Notes: generated by a model from the letters alone, not told the origin. A DNA stretch of 64,000 bases from an uncultured Thermofilaceae archaeon (GCA_964501905.1 CAZCTW010000010.1:5046-69045), one strand, 5' to 3'. Shown: positions 1 to 9,113, numbered from the stretch's first letter. Numbers and translations are program-made.

Positions 1-17
1 TATAGAAGCTCATAAAT

Positions 18-473
18 TCACCTCAGAGGCTTAGGATGTTTAGCTTCGTAATCTTTTCTGAGCGGGTATACTCCCTCAGGCCAATCCTCGGGGAGTATAA
101 AGCGTTTAAGATTGGGATTGCCCTTAAAGACTATCCCAAGCAGGTCATGAGCTTCTCTCTCGTATAACTCGGCCCCCCTAGCTATATCACATATGCTATC
201 TATAACGGGATCATCTTTAGGAACTTTGGTTTTTACCGAAACTGAGATTCCATATCCTATATGGGCGATAACTTCTAAATGATCATTGACATCAGTGCCA
301 GTTATAGCCTCGACGAATTTCATATCGAGGTCTTGTAAAAGGAATTTTACAACGTCCTTATAACACTCTTTACTAACCTCGACGAACACTCTCCTCCTCA
401 TGGGCGTTTTGCAATCGATTATCTTATCGCCGAATCTCTCCTTCAACGCGTTAATTATCTCTTCCTCATTCAT
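18..473 (-). CDS. NuoC-like subunit of a complex I / group 4 hydrogenase-like complex
   Basis: ERE.HDLLGI.F.G.P and PEDWP...YPLRKD motifs; next gene starts at ATG 13 and runs off the window. Confidence 0.9.
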   Translation of the reverse strand: MNEEEIINALKERFGDKIIDCKTPMRRRVFVEVSKECYKDVVKFLLQDLDMKFVEAITGTDVNDHLEVIAHIGYGISVSVKTKVPKDDPVIDSICDIARGAELYEREAHDLLGIVFKGNPNLKRFILPEDWPEGVYPLRKDYEAKHPKPLR

Positions 474-477
474 AGTT

Positions 478-912
478 TCATCCTTTCATGATCTTCTGAG
501 CTAGCAGATTTACTGCTTGAACAACCGCTTCGGGTTTTACAGGACAACCTGAGATATACGCGTCGACGGGTATTACGCTGTCTAAGCTCTCATAAACGTT
601 GTAGCATTTCCAGAAAACTCCGCCACTAGTTGCACACGTTCCGGCAGCCACGACAAACTTCGGTTCCGGCATTTGGTTATATATCCTTATAAGCCTATCC
701 CTAACTTGTCTAGTAACTGGCCCGGTGACCACTAGTATATCCGCATGTCTTGGGCTGCCCTTTAAGAGTAAACCGAACCTTTCAAGGTCATATCTAGGAG
801 TTAACGCAGCGACAACTTCTATATCGCATGCATTGCAGGCTCCGGTGTTAAAGAAGAGTATCCAAGGACTTCTGCCTCTAGCCCATCTAACTAGTCTTTC
901 AGTAAATCCCAT
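478..912 (-). CDS. NuoB-like Fe-S small subunit, hydrogenase-type CxxC
   Basis: GACNACDIE, SPRHADIL, GTCATSGG and GCP motifs. Confidence 0.92.
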   Translation of the reverse strand: MGFTERLVRWARGRSPWILFFNTGACNACDIEVVAALTPRYDLERFGLLLKGSPRHADILVVTGPVTRQVRDRLIRIYNQMPEPKFVVAAGTCATSGGVFWKCYNVYESLDSVIPVDAYISGCPVKPEAVVQAVNLLAQKIMKG

Positions 913-1276
913 GTTTAAGCCTCCTTACGGAGACATATAATGCTAAGAGAGCTACCAGAACGTATAGCGAGACTAGATAAATTATGTTTAATCTGAAGGG
1001 ATCTAGAGGGGGTACACCCATAGAGAAGATTATTATCATTGAAGTTATATCAAAAATTAAAAACAGCACCGCATATTGGAAGAATAAAATCCTCATGGGT
1101 ATTATTCTTGGTGGGAAATATTCTCCACAAGCATATGGAGCTACTTTATCTTTGTTGGGCCTAAATGGGGGGGCTATCATTTTTCCAAAGAGGTATATGG
1201 AAAGTGCAGTCAAGATAGAAATTAAAAAGGCGAACGCTGGAGAAGCGATGAGCTCTAAAAGATCCACGGTAGCCAC
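899..1276 (-). CDS. NuoA-like membrane subunit
   Basis: Three TM helices, K..PYACGE and FLIFD motifs. Confidence 0.88.
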   Translation of the reverse strand: MATVDLLELIASPAFAFLISILTALSIYLFGKMIAPPFRPNKDKVAPYACGEYFPPRIIPMRILFFQYAVLFLIFDITSMIIIFSMGVPPLDPFRLNIIYLVSLYVLVALLALYVSVRRLKHGIY

Positions 1277-1644
1277 CCGTTTAAAGTGTAGTCTACTGCT
1301 AAAATATAAGTTTTACTTTATCATTTATCAAAGAAGAAATAGCTAATGTATAAAAGTTCTTAGCTTGATCGAAGTAAAAATTTACTAATGACGAAATGAT
1401 AACTATAATGCTGCATATTTTAAAGAATTTAAGCAATATGTCATAACTCGTTACATATAACAGTCTTAAAATGTGCTTTTTCAGCATCGGCGACAGTCAG
1501 ATAGCCATCAAAAGCAAGTGGTAGCGTAATCCTACCTCATTAGTAAAGAGCTGTTCCTATACGTTCTCAGATGTTCAAAAAACATAAAAGCGAGAACCCT
1601 TATGAGTTTTCAGGGTGCATGAGTTGCCCGAGGTTAAGCTCTAT

Positions 1645-2052
1645 ATGGATTACGACGCGCTGTTAGAAAGAGCCTATAGGACCCTGCCTAAGAAACCTGT
1701 TGTAGTGAGACAAAGATTAACATTGCCTAAGCCTGAAGTTGTAATTTCCGGAAAAAGAACTTTTATAACTAATTTTAATCAGATATGCGATATACTGAAC
1801 AGAGAACCTCAAATAGTCTTAAGGTATATACTTAAAGAGCTGGGAGCTCCTGGAGTGCTTCATGAGAACATGGCAGTTATTCAGGGAGAATTTTCCAGGA
1901 AAGCTATAGACGCTATCTTAGACCGCTTCTTTCGATTCTACGTCATCTGTCCGGCTTGTAAAAGCCCTGATACTAAGCTGGTAAAAGAGAAAAAGTTCAT
2001 GTTCCTAATATGCGGAGCATGCGGAGCTAAAAGCCCGGTGAGGCCTTTCTAA
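1645..2052 (+). CDS. eif2b: Translation initiation factor aIF-2 beta
   Basis: YDALLERAY N-terminus, KELGAPG, C-terminal CPACKSPDT...CGACG zinc ribbon; start ATG 1645 or GTG 1615. Confidence 0.93.
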   Translation: MDYDALLERAYRTLPKKPVVVRQRLTLPKPEVVISGKRTFITNFNQICDILNREPQIVLRYILKELGAPGVLHENMAVIQGEFSRKAIDAILDRFFRFYVICPACKSPDTKLVKEKKFMFLICGACGAKSPVRPF

Positions 2053-3482
2053 TTCAACCATTTCACCATATAGAAGGAATTTCTATGTCTCCTATAACCT
2101 AAGCGCCTGTAATATTCCCTAGCGCCAACTCCGGATATAACTAGGATTTTCTTCCTATCAAAATCCTCTAGTGCTACTCTCTCAGCCTCCATCATCAACT
2201 TCCTCCCTAATCCCTTATGTTGCCAAGAATCCAGCGGATAGTGTTTTCCCACGGGGACTTGGGGGCCGTAAACGTGTAGCTCTCTAACTATCGCTGTCTT
2301 CTCGTCGACTTCCCAGCGGTGAGCGTGCTCTGACGGTATACGTAGTCTTAGAAAACCATATATCAAATCTACATCATCGACGAATGAGAGGAATATTTCG
2401 ATACCCATGCTGGCTTCGTAAATTATCTTCTCCATTTTAAGAGCTCCTGAAGGCTTTACGCCAGTTTTCAATAGGTAATGCCCTACTTCACGGCATCTTA
2501 TACAGCTACACTTCATTCCTCTTTTCTTCATGTACTCCTGTACTACTTGCCTTAAATTGCCGATTTTAGGGCCGTCAACTATGTGGTGTAGGGGGAGGTC
2601 TCTCTGAACCCTCATTATCCTAACATATCTAGGCACCAACGCTTTCATTTTAGCTATTAACTCAATCCAAGTATCCCTATCGTAGGATTTGTAAAATCCC
2701 TTTTTCCACATTTCATAGAGTCGAGTTCCCGGAATAACTAAAGTCGGGTATATCTTTAACATATCCGGTCTGTAGTCAGGGTTTTCGAATATTTCCTTAA
2801 ACATCTCCAAGTCTCTATCAGGATCTGAGCCAGGCAATCCGGGCATTATATGGTAGACCACTTTATAGCCCGCATCCTTCAGTATTCGAGTAGCCTCTAC
2901 CGTGTCTTTTACTGAATGCCCTCGCTCTACGCGCTCTAAAATATCATCATAGATAACCTGTACCCCTAATTCCACCCTAGTCGCTCCGAGGTGGAGAAAC
3001 CAGTCTACATGTTCCTCTTTAGCCCAATCTGGTCTAGTTTCTAAAGTCAAGCCTACACACCTTATCTTCGCTTTCTCGTTTTTCAATTGGGCTCTCTTCA
3101 GAGATGGTTCTCCCGATTTCTCCCTCGGAAATCTATTCATAGCCTCTAGGGCATTTGCTATAAACCATTCTTGGTAGCTTTTAGGCGTGGCTGGGAAAGT
3201 TCCGCCCATCACTATTAACTCGATCTTGGAGGGCTCGTGGCCCATGGCTTTATACTGTAAAAGCCGCCCTCTGACCTGCTCGTAGGGGTCGAAGTTGTAT
3301 TGTAAAGCTCTCATAACAGCGGGGGAGTCTTCGAGGTAGCTTTGAGGAGTACCGATTTCCACTCCACCTGGACAATATATACAACGTCCGTGCGGGCAGG
3401 GATATGGCTCGCTCATTATAGCCACGACTGTAACTCCTGATATCATCCTAACCGGCTTTTTCATTCTTCTAGCCAACGTCAT
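2049..3482 (-). CDS. elp3: tRNA uridine(34) acetyltransferase Elp3 (radical SAM + GNAT)
   Basis: CPHGRCIYCPGG, ETRPD, RVQRD, VRELHVYG, QHKGLG, ISGVGAREYY motifs. Confidence 0.97.
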   Translation of the reverse strand: MTLARRMKKPVRMISGVTVVAIMSEPYPCPHGRCIYCPGGVEIGTPQSYLEDSPAVMRALQYNFDPYEQVRGRLLQYKAMGHEPSKIELIVMGGTFPATPKSYQEWFIANALEAMNRFPREKSGEPSLKRAQLKNEKAKIRCVGLTLETRPDWAKEEHVDWFLHLGATRVELGVQVIYDDILERVERGHSVKDTVEATRILKDAGYKVVYHIMPGLPGSDPDRDLEMFKEIFENPDYRPDMLKIYPTLVIPGTRLYEMWKKGFYKSYDRDTWIELIAKMKALVPRYVRIMRVQRDLPLHHIVDGPKIGNLRQVVQEYMKKRGMKCSCIRCREVGHYLLKTGVKPSGALKMEKIIYEASMGIEIFLSFVDDVDLIYGFLRLRIPSEHAHRWEVDEKTAIVRELHVYGPQVPVGKHYPLDSWQHKGLGRKLMMEAERVALEDFDRKKILVISGVGAREYYRRLGYRRHRNSFYMVKWLN

Positions 3483-4194
3483 TTTTAATAGCCTCGACTA
3501 CGAAGTTCCTAGCTATTAAACTCTTCTTCGGACTCCAACCATACAACTTCCTCACCTTAAGCTTTCCACAGGCTTTTATTAAATCCCTAAGTTCCTTCTT
3601 CGTGAACAAATGGTAAAAACGCTCTACTTTTCGATTTTTAGTTCTCCAAGAAGCGAAGATATCGCCGAATTCAAAACTCCGCCCTGTAATCCAGGCCTTG
3701 AACGCGCGAAGCAGGAGACTAGGCTGTAATAGATTCCAAACACTGGCGATCAATAACCCTCCCTCCTTTAAGACCCTGCAGATTTCCTCAATAGCTTTTG
3801 ATCTCTCAGTATGCAGGGGTATGTGGTGTATAGACGCGATAGCTACCGCATAGTCGAATAAATAGCTTCTGAAAGGAAGAAATCTCATATCTCCTGCTAC
3901 GCAGTCGATTTGAATGTCTAATTTTTTCCTGCGGACGGTCTTAAGCAAACGCTTAACCATACCTGAAGATATATCTAGAGCTACTACTCTGAAACCCTGC
4001 CTAGCTAAGAATAGGGAATGTAATCCGCTTCCGCAACCAGCATCTAGAACAAGCCCGTCTCTCTCCATAACTATGCCTGAGAGAAGCTCTGTCCAGGCTA
4101 GTCCCCGCCTATAGGTTTTAGCTATCTCTTCGTATGCCGAGAAGACGTTGTCTCTTAAAACGCGCTCAGCGTCTTTCTTTTCTCGTTTTAACAT
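3469..4194 (-). CDS. Trm9/ALKBH8-like SAM methyltransferase
   Basis: LDAGCGSG, IASIHHI, GDIFASW, RFYHLF...EL motifs; overlaps the elp3 start. Confidence 0.75.
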   Translation of the reverse strand: MLKREKKDAERVLRDNVFSAYEEIAKTYRRGLAWTELLSGIVMERDGLVLDAGCGSGLHSLFLARQGFRVVALDISSGMVKRLLKTVRRKKLDIQIDCVAGDMRFLPFRSYLFDYAVAIASIHHIPLHTERSKAIEEICRVLKEGGLLIASVWNLLQPSLLLRAFKAWITGRSFEFGDIFASWRTKNRKVERFYHLFTKKELRDLIKACGKLKVRKLYGWSPKKSLIARNFVVEAIKNDVG

Positions 4195-5218
4195 GATACT
4201 CTATAACTTTTATAACGCTATCTAGATTTAACCCTTCCTTAGCTGAGATAAACAATACTTCCTTCCCCTTTAACAGTTTTCGCGCGACCTTATTCATTCT
4301 CTCTACGTGTTCGCTAGAAGCTATATCGGCTTTATTCGCAACATATACAAAGGGAATACCCTTGAAACTTTCTAGAATTTCGCGTAGAACCCTGATTTGA
4401 TAGTCTAGTGTAAAGCCGCAAGTTTCTGTAGGATCGAATATGAATATTATCAAATCCGCTACGTATTGAAGAGCTAATATGGCTTGAAGCTCTATTTTAT
4501 TCCTCTCTGAGAGGGGGCGGTCCAGCAAGCCTGGAGTATCTAAAACCTGAACAACCGTAGAGTCTATGGTCATATGACCGACAGTGATGGATTTAGTAGT
4601 GAAGGGGTACTCCCTAATCTCAGGCTTAGCCCTAGTTATAGCCTTGACTAGCGAAGACTTGCCCACGTTCGGAGGTCCCGCCACGACTACCGAGTATATA
4701 TTCGGGTCTACCTCTGGCAGTTTAAGGATTTTTATCTGAGCGGCCCTAACGATCTTAAAGTCTCGGTCTAAGTCTTTGAGTATCGAGTTGAGCCTCCCAA
4801 AGTAAGTCTTCCTGTACTTGACTATGCTAGCTTTGTCTCCAGCCTTCCTTATAGCCGATATGCTTTCCCTAGCTATCCTATTGATTATAAAGGTTGCCCC
4901 GTATATCTTACTTAGGCTCTTTTTTAGAGAATCTAGGTCCATGATTACTTGGAATAATTCTCGATAGAAGGGGTGTAATTCTTTCACGAAAGGAGTCGTG
5001 AGAACTATCTTTTTTAACCGAGATATTACGTAGTTGTTGGCTACTTTAATTTTCCTAATTTCCACTTTTTTAATATAAAAGAGTTTCCTCCTAAGTACAA
5101 CTCCGCTCCCCGCTTTCTTAGCTCTCTTAACAGCGGCTTCAAATATCTCTTCATAGTTTCGAGGAGCTAAAACCATTTTCCGCGCTGTTCGAGATAAGCT
5201 TTTGTTCAATTTGATCAA
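4166..5218 (-). CDS. NOG1-family GTPase
   Basis: LHPFY, GPPNVGKSS, YPFTT, DTPGLLDRP..ERN.IE, NKAD motifs. Confidence 0.95.
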   Translation of the reverse strand: MIKLNKSLSRTARKMVLAPRNYEEIFEAAVKRAKKAGSGVVLRRKLFYIKKVEIRKIKVANNYVISRLKKIVLTTPFVKELHPFYRELFQVIMDLDSLKKSLSKIYGATFIINRIARESISAIRKAGDKASIVKYRKTYFGRLNSILKDLDRDFKIVRAAQIKILKLPEVDPNIYSVVVAGPPNVGKSSLVKAITRAKPEIREYPFTTKSITVGHMTIDSTVVQVLDTPGLLDRPLSERNKIELQAILALQYVADLIIFIFDPTETCGFTLDYQIRVLREILESFKGIPFVYVANKADIASSEHVERMNKVARKLLKGKEVLFISAKEGLNLDSVIKVIEYHVKTRKERR

Positions 5219-5254
5219 CCGTCTTTAATATATTATCTCTAAGGTTTAAAACCG

Positions 5255-5692
5255 TTAAACTTCATCTTTAATAACTTCAAGGACTATAGCCGGGCAGATT
5301 TTAGTGACCCCTTTCATTTTGCCTATCTCGTCTATAAACGTAGCTAATTCCTCGTTGTCCCTAGCAATAATCGTTGCCATTACCATATGGTCTCCTGTAG
5401 AGAGAGCTACGTACTTCACGTTTTCCCTTTCGGCCAACTTCTTAGCGACTTCGAGCAACACACTAGATTCTACATCTAAACCGACTATAGCCAACCCCCT
5501 ATACCCCAGTTTGGAATAATCAACTTTAATAGTATAGCCGCGTATAACGCCCGTATCCTCCATTTTCTTTATCCGTTTTTTGATAGCAACATCGCTTATG
5601 CCTAGTATGTTTGACATTTTTAATATGGGGATACGGGCATTCTTCTTAAGTATATCAATTATCTTAAGATCAGTAGCATCTAATGTCGCCAA
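5255..5692 (-). CDS. Lrp/AsnC transcriptional regulator
   Basis: LD..D.KII..L..NAR HTH, GVIRGY, RAM domain. Confidence 0.93.
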   Translation of the reverse strand: MATLDATDLKIIDILKKNARIPILKMSNILGISDVAIKKRIKKMEDTGVIRGYTIKVDYSKLGYRGLAIVGLDVESSVLLEVAKKLAERENVKYVALSTGDHMVMATIIARDNEELATFIDEIGKMKGVTKICPAIVLEVIKDEV

Positions 5693-5803
5693 ATTTCATG
5701 CACCTAGGTCATGAAAATTACATGGCATTATAAATAATTTTATACATTGTCAAAATTCATAGTTTAATTGTTAAAATCTTAGAAGTTGATATATAGAAGC
5801 GAG

Positions 5804-5907
5804 TGGTGCGGGGGCCGGGATTCGAACCCGGGCAGGGCTTCCCCAGCGGAGCTTACTGGCCTTAAGCTCTCAGTCCGCCCCCTTTGACCTAGCTCGGGCA
5901 CCCCCGC
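5804..5907 (-). tRNA. tRNA-Leu(GAG), 16-nt intron at 36/37 (5853-5868), CCA encoded
   Basis: Cloverleaf with long variable arm; BHB central helix ACUG/CAGU with bulges AG|A and AA|G restores loop CU-GAG-GC. Confidence 0.9.
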
Positions 5908-6012
5908 TCAGTTTGATTATACCTCTAAGAGAATATAAGCTTTTTCTGATCGAAGAGGATGCATACTTAAACTAAAGGGTTACATTGGTGGGCGTAGAGG
6001 ACAAAAGAAGAA

Positions 6013-6124
6013 TGCGCCGGCCGGGATTCGAACCCGGGATTCGCCCGAGCCATTTTGTGGCTCGTTCAGCGGCGTGGATTCGGCAAGGTTAGGCCGCCAT
6101 CCTACCAGGCTAGACTACCGGCGC
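6013..6124 (-). tRNA. tRNA-Gly(TCC), two introns at 33/34 (6079-6090) and 46/47 (6040-6065)
   Basis: Acceptor GCGCCGG/CCGGCGC; BHB helices CGGC/GCCG and CGCU/GGCG, the latter with a 7-bp inner stem. Confidence 0.87.
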
Positions 6125-6605
6125 CAGGTTATTTATTTATTCTATAGTTTTTAAATGTTGCTTTGCTCCATACCGATCGCTGGCGAGAGCATTCTATTAG
6201 AGTTATCATATTAGGCCCCGGTGGTTTAGTGGACGTAATCATCTATGCAAATCAACAGAGCACCGAAACCGGAAGTTAAAATTGCAGAAGCCGAATAAAG
6301 CCTAAAACTAGCTCTCTTAAAAATTAAAAAACGCGAGGAAATGCTAAACCTGCTCCTAAACATAGAAGAAATATCCAAGAACAGAGTCAGATACCGTAGT
6401 GAGAGGCAGAAATATCTGCACTTGCGCCTATATACTCGAAAAATCTAAACTTTACAAAAATCCTCTAGTATTAACACATAAAGAGCTAAGCCAGCCATAA
6501 AAACTGCACACTTTGCTTTTACGAAAACGAAAAAAGAAAGTAAGCTCAATTCCATACGATACCAAATATATCGAAAACAACTTCTCGGCCCGAACGAAAA
6601 GTTCA

Positions 6606-6708
6606 TGCCGGGGCCGGGATTCGAACCCGGGATGACCGGATATCTTATCTGGGCCCTCAGCCTCAGGATTATGAGTCCGGCGCCCTTACCAGGCTAGGCG
6701 ACCCCGGC
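6606..6708 (-). tRNA. tRNA-Met(CAT), probably elongator, 28-nt intron at 37/38 (6642-6669)
   Basis: GCCGGGG acceptor, CCGGA-CU-CAU-A|A-UCCGG, relaxed BHB. Confidence 0.9.
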
Positions 6709-6873
6709 TCTATTTTAAATGATTTCCTGTTGAATTTAAATTCTTCGCTGTAATGCCTAACAGATTTGCGATGAGTTCCAGTATCTGAGACGGTGCTATT
6801 ACATGGCAGCGTGGACATAAGCCACTAATGTGTTGAGTGAAAAATATAAGAGAGTTTTGTTGTATGTTCCATA

Positions 6874-6959
6874 GCCCCGGTAGCTTAGTGGTAGAGCGGC
6901 GGCCTCGTATACCTTGTCGAGAAAGCCGCAGGTCGCGGGTTCAAATCCCGCCCGGGGCT
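6874..6959 (+). tRNA. tRNA-Thr(CGT), 14-nt intron at 37/38 (6910-6923)
   Basis: Cloverleaf; BHB helix CUCG/CGAG. Confidence 0.95.
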
Positions 6960-7140
6960 TTTCATCGGCTTCGTTTCGGCTTTCTTAATAGACTCCATTC
7001 AAGACTTCAATTCACCTTCAGTGAATAGAAACTTACTGTCAACTTTCTTTTCGGTTTTTAAGCATTTACTTCTTTAAATCCAGTTGGAAATGATAGCAAA
7101 ATATAATAATTGCCTAGTCTTATGAGGATATGGTGTAAAA

Positions 7141-7491
7141 TTGAGCAAGAAAGTAATTCCTAGGTCTAAACTCATCGGCATGCAGGTGTATAACCCCGAT
7201 GCAACGCTAGTGGGCACTATAAAAGATGTAGGTCTCATCCCTGGAGAAACAGGGAAAATAGTTTTGATAGTTACGACTAAATACCAGCGAGATATAGAGA
7301 TTGAATGGTCTAGTGTAGCTGAAGTTGGAGATATAGTCTTGCTGGCAGAAAAGGTAGAAATCACTCCTCCAACAGCTCCCGCCGAGGCACCGGCGGTTGA
7401 GACCAAGATATGTCCTACATGTGGACAGCCAGCTACTTGGATAGAACAATATAAACGTTGGTACTGCTATAATTGTAAAAAATACTTATAG
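7141..7491 (+). CDS. PRC-barrel protein with Pro/Ala linker and C-terminal zinc ribbon
   Basis: LIGMQVYN.D...VG.I.DV...VGDIVLL PRC pattern; CPTC...CYNC. Confidence 0.85.
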   Translation: MSKKVIPRSKLIGMQVYNPDATLVGTIKDVGLIPGETGKIVLIVTTKYQRDIEIEWSSVAEVGDIVLLAEKVEITPPTAPAEAPAVETKICPTCGQPATWIEQYKRWYCYNCKKYL

Positions 7492-7520
7492 TTATTTTTT
7501 CTTAAACTTTACCTTGAACA

Positions 7521-9113
7521 ATGAGTAATGTGGCGAAGCGTTATCCCCCTGAAAGAGAGGAAGGTAAAGTAGAGTATAAGTATAAGCTAGCCATTGAGAA
7601 GTCGCAAAAAATAGAGCGCTTGATTTCGCAGATGAAGTACCGGTTGGCGGAAGGTGGAGGTGAAGCTTTTTATATACTGGGTGTCGCAGATAACGGCGAG
7701 CCTATAGGCTTAAGTGATGAAGAGCTTAGGAAAAGTCTTAGTATTTTGAAACGTGTAGCTTCTGGAGTAGGTGCTTCTATCCAAATTTTGAGAGAGACTC
7801 GGGGACGTAGAGGGAAGATAGTAGAAGTATTAGTAAGGCGTAACCGTGAAGATTCTCCGCCGGTATACGTGGTAGTTACGGCATTAGGGAACGTTGACGC
7901 CGGAAAAAGCACGTTAGTCGGCGTGCTATGTACAGGTAGCCTAGACGATGGAAACGGCTTAGCGATGAAAAAAGTAGCTAGGTTTTTACACGAGATAGAG
8001 TCAGGTAGGACTTCGTCCGTGTCTACTCAGTATTTAGGCTTCGGCAAGGATGGCAAAGTAGTAAACTATGACCTGCCGCATCCTTTAGACGAGGCGGAGA
8101 TATACCTACGCTCCGAGAAAATAATAGCTCTTGTAGACCTGGGAGGTCACGAGAGGTATTTAAGGACCACTCTACGGGGCGTTATGTCCAGAAGACCCGA
8201 TTACGCCATGCTCGTCGTAGCAGCTAATGCCGGCCTCTCTAAGATGGGGAGGGAGCACTTAGGCGTGTGTGTAGTCCTTAGAATTCCTATATTCGTAGTT
8301 GTAACTAAAATAGATATGGTACCTCGGGAGGTTCTTGAAGCTACTATAGACGAGATCTATCAAGTCTTAAAAATGCCTGGAGTAAGCAAGTTACCGTTGA
8401 TCGTCAGGGATCTAGACGACATAGCAGTAGCTGTTCATCATATGACAAGCGGCCGCGTAGCTCCTATATTCTTAGTATCAAACGTTACCGGTGATGGATT
8501 AGAGAATTTGAAGACTTTTCTGAATTTTCTACCTCCTAGAATGGATTGGCACAGTCAAGCCAGCAAGCCTTTCCTAATGTATGTCGAGGATATCTTTAAT
8601 GTAAAGGGCGTAGGCCCTGTGGTGGGCGGGATTATTAGGGAGGGCAGTGTCGCCGTGGACGATATAGTCCAACTGGGCCCGTTTAAAGACGGAAGTTGGC
8701 GGCTCGTCAGAGTACGCTCTATACAAGTTAATAGAGTAAACGTCAGTCGCGCTATAGCTGGCCAAGACGCCACCCTAGCCATTTCTAACGTTAAGTACGA
8801 TGAACTTGAGAAAGGTATGGTTGTACTGGATAGAAGTTTAGAAGCTAGAAGTATTAGAAGAATTAAAGCCAGGATTACGGTGCTTAAGCATCCCACAACT
8901 ATACATAAGGGATATCAAGCAGTTCTCCATTTAGAGTCCATAAGAAGCACTGTAACTTTTAATAAAATGGAGAAAGAGCCTATGCGAACAGGCGACACCG
9001 GGGAAGTAGAACTGGTCTTTAACTACCACCCGTGGTACCTTAAGGTGGGAGATGTATTCGTGCTTAGAGAAGCGAGAACGCGAGCTATAGGAAGAGTCTT
9101 GGAAATCGCTTAA
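7521..9113 (+). CDS. GTPBP1-like translational GTPase (aGTPBP)
   Basis: PPE.E.G.VEYK, GNVDAGKST, HEIESGRTSS, DLGGHERYL, TKID; EF-Tu-like domains II and III. Confidence 0.93.
   Translation: MSNVAKRYPPEREEGKVEYKYKLAIEKSQKIERLISQMKYRLAEGGGEAFYILGVADNGEPIGLSDEELRKSLSILKRVASGVGASIQILRETRGRRGKIVEVLVRRNREDSPPVYVVVTALGNVDAGKSTLVGVLCTGSLDDGNGLAMKKVARFLHEIESGRTSSVSTQYLGFGKDGKVVNYDLPHPLDEAEIYLRSEKIIALVDLGGHERYLRTTLRGVMSRRPDYAMLVVAANAGLSKMGREHLGVCVVLRIPIFVVVTKIDMVPREVLEATIDEIYQVLKMPGVSKLPLIVRDLDDIAVAVHHMTSGRVAPIFLVSNVTGDGLENLKTFLNFLPPRMDWHSQASKPFLMYVEDIFNVKGVGPVVGGIIREGSVAVDDIVQLGPFKDGSWRLVRVRSIQVNRVNVSRAIAGQDATLAISNVKYDELEKGMVVLDRSLEARSIRRIKARITVLKHPTTIHKGYQAVLHLESIRSTVTFNKMEKEPMRTGDTGEVELVFNYHPWYLKVGDVFVLREARTRAIGRVLEIA

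Noticed and set aside
1299-1487. 62-aa ORF upstream of nuoA
   Set aside because: AT-rich promoter region with no recognisable motif; probably spurious
5814-5832. Recurring GCCGGGATTCGAACCCGGG as a dispersed repeat or CRISPR
   Set aside because: It is the shared tRNA T-arm; no regularly spaced array exists in the window
6215-6232. GCCCCGGTGGTTTAGTGG, resembling a tRNA 5' end (split tRNA or att site)
   Set aside because: No D-stem completion, no partner half and no integrase; only 18 nt
6768-6815. GCGATGA-10 nt-CTGA as a C/D sRNA
   Set aside because: No convincing C'/D boxes, terminal stem or target
6837-7028. ORF-track ORFs overlapping tRNAs (also 22855-23055)
   Set aside because: Explained by tRNA-Thr and tRNA-Cys
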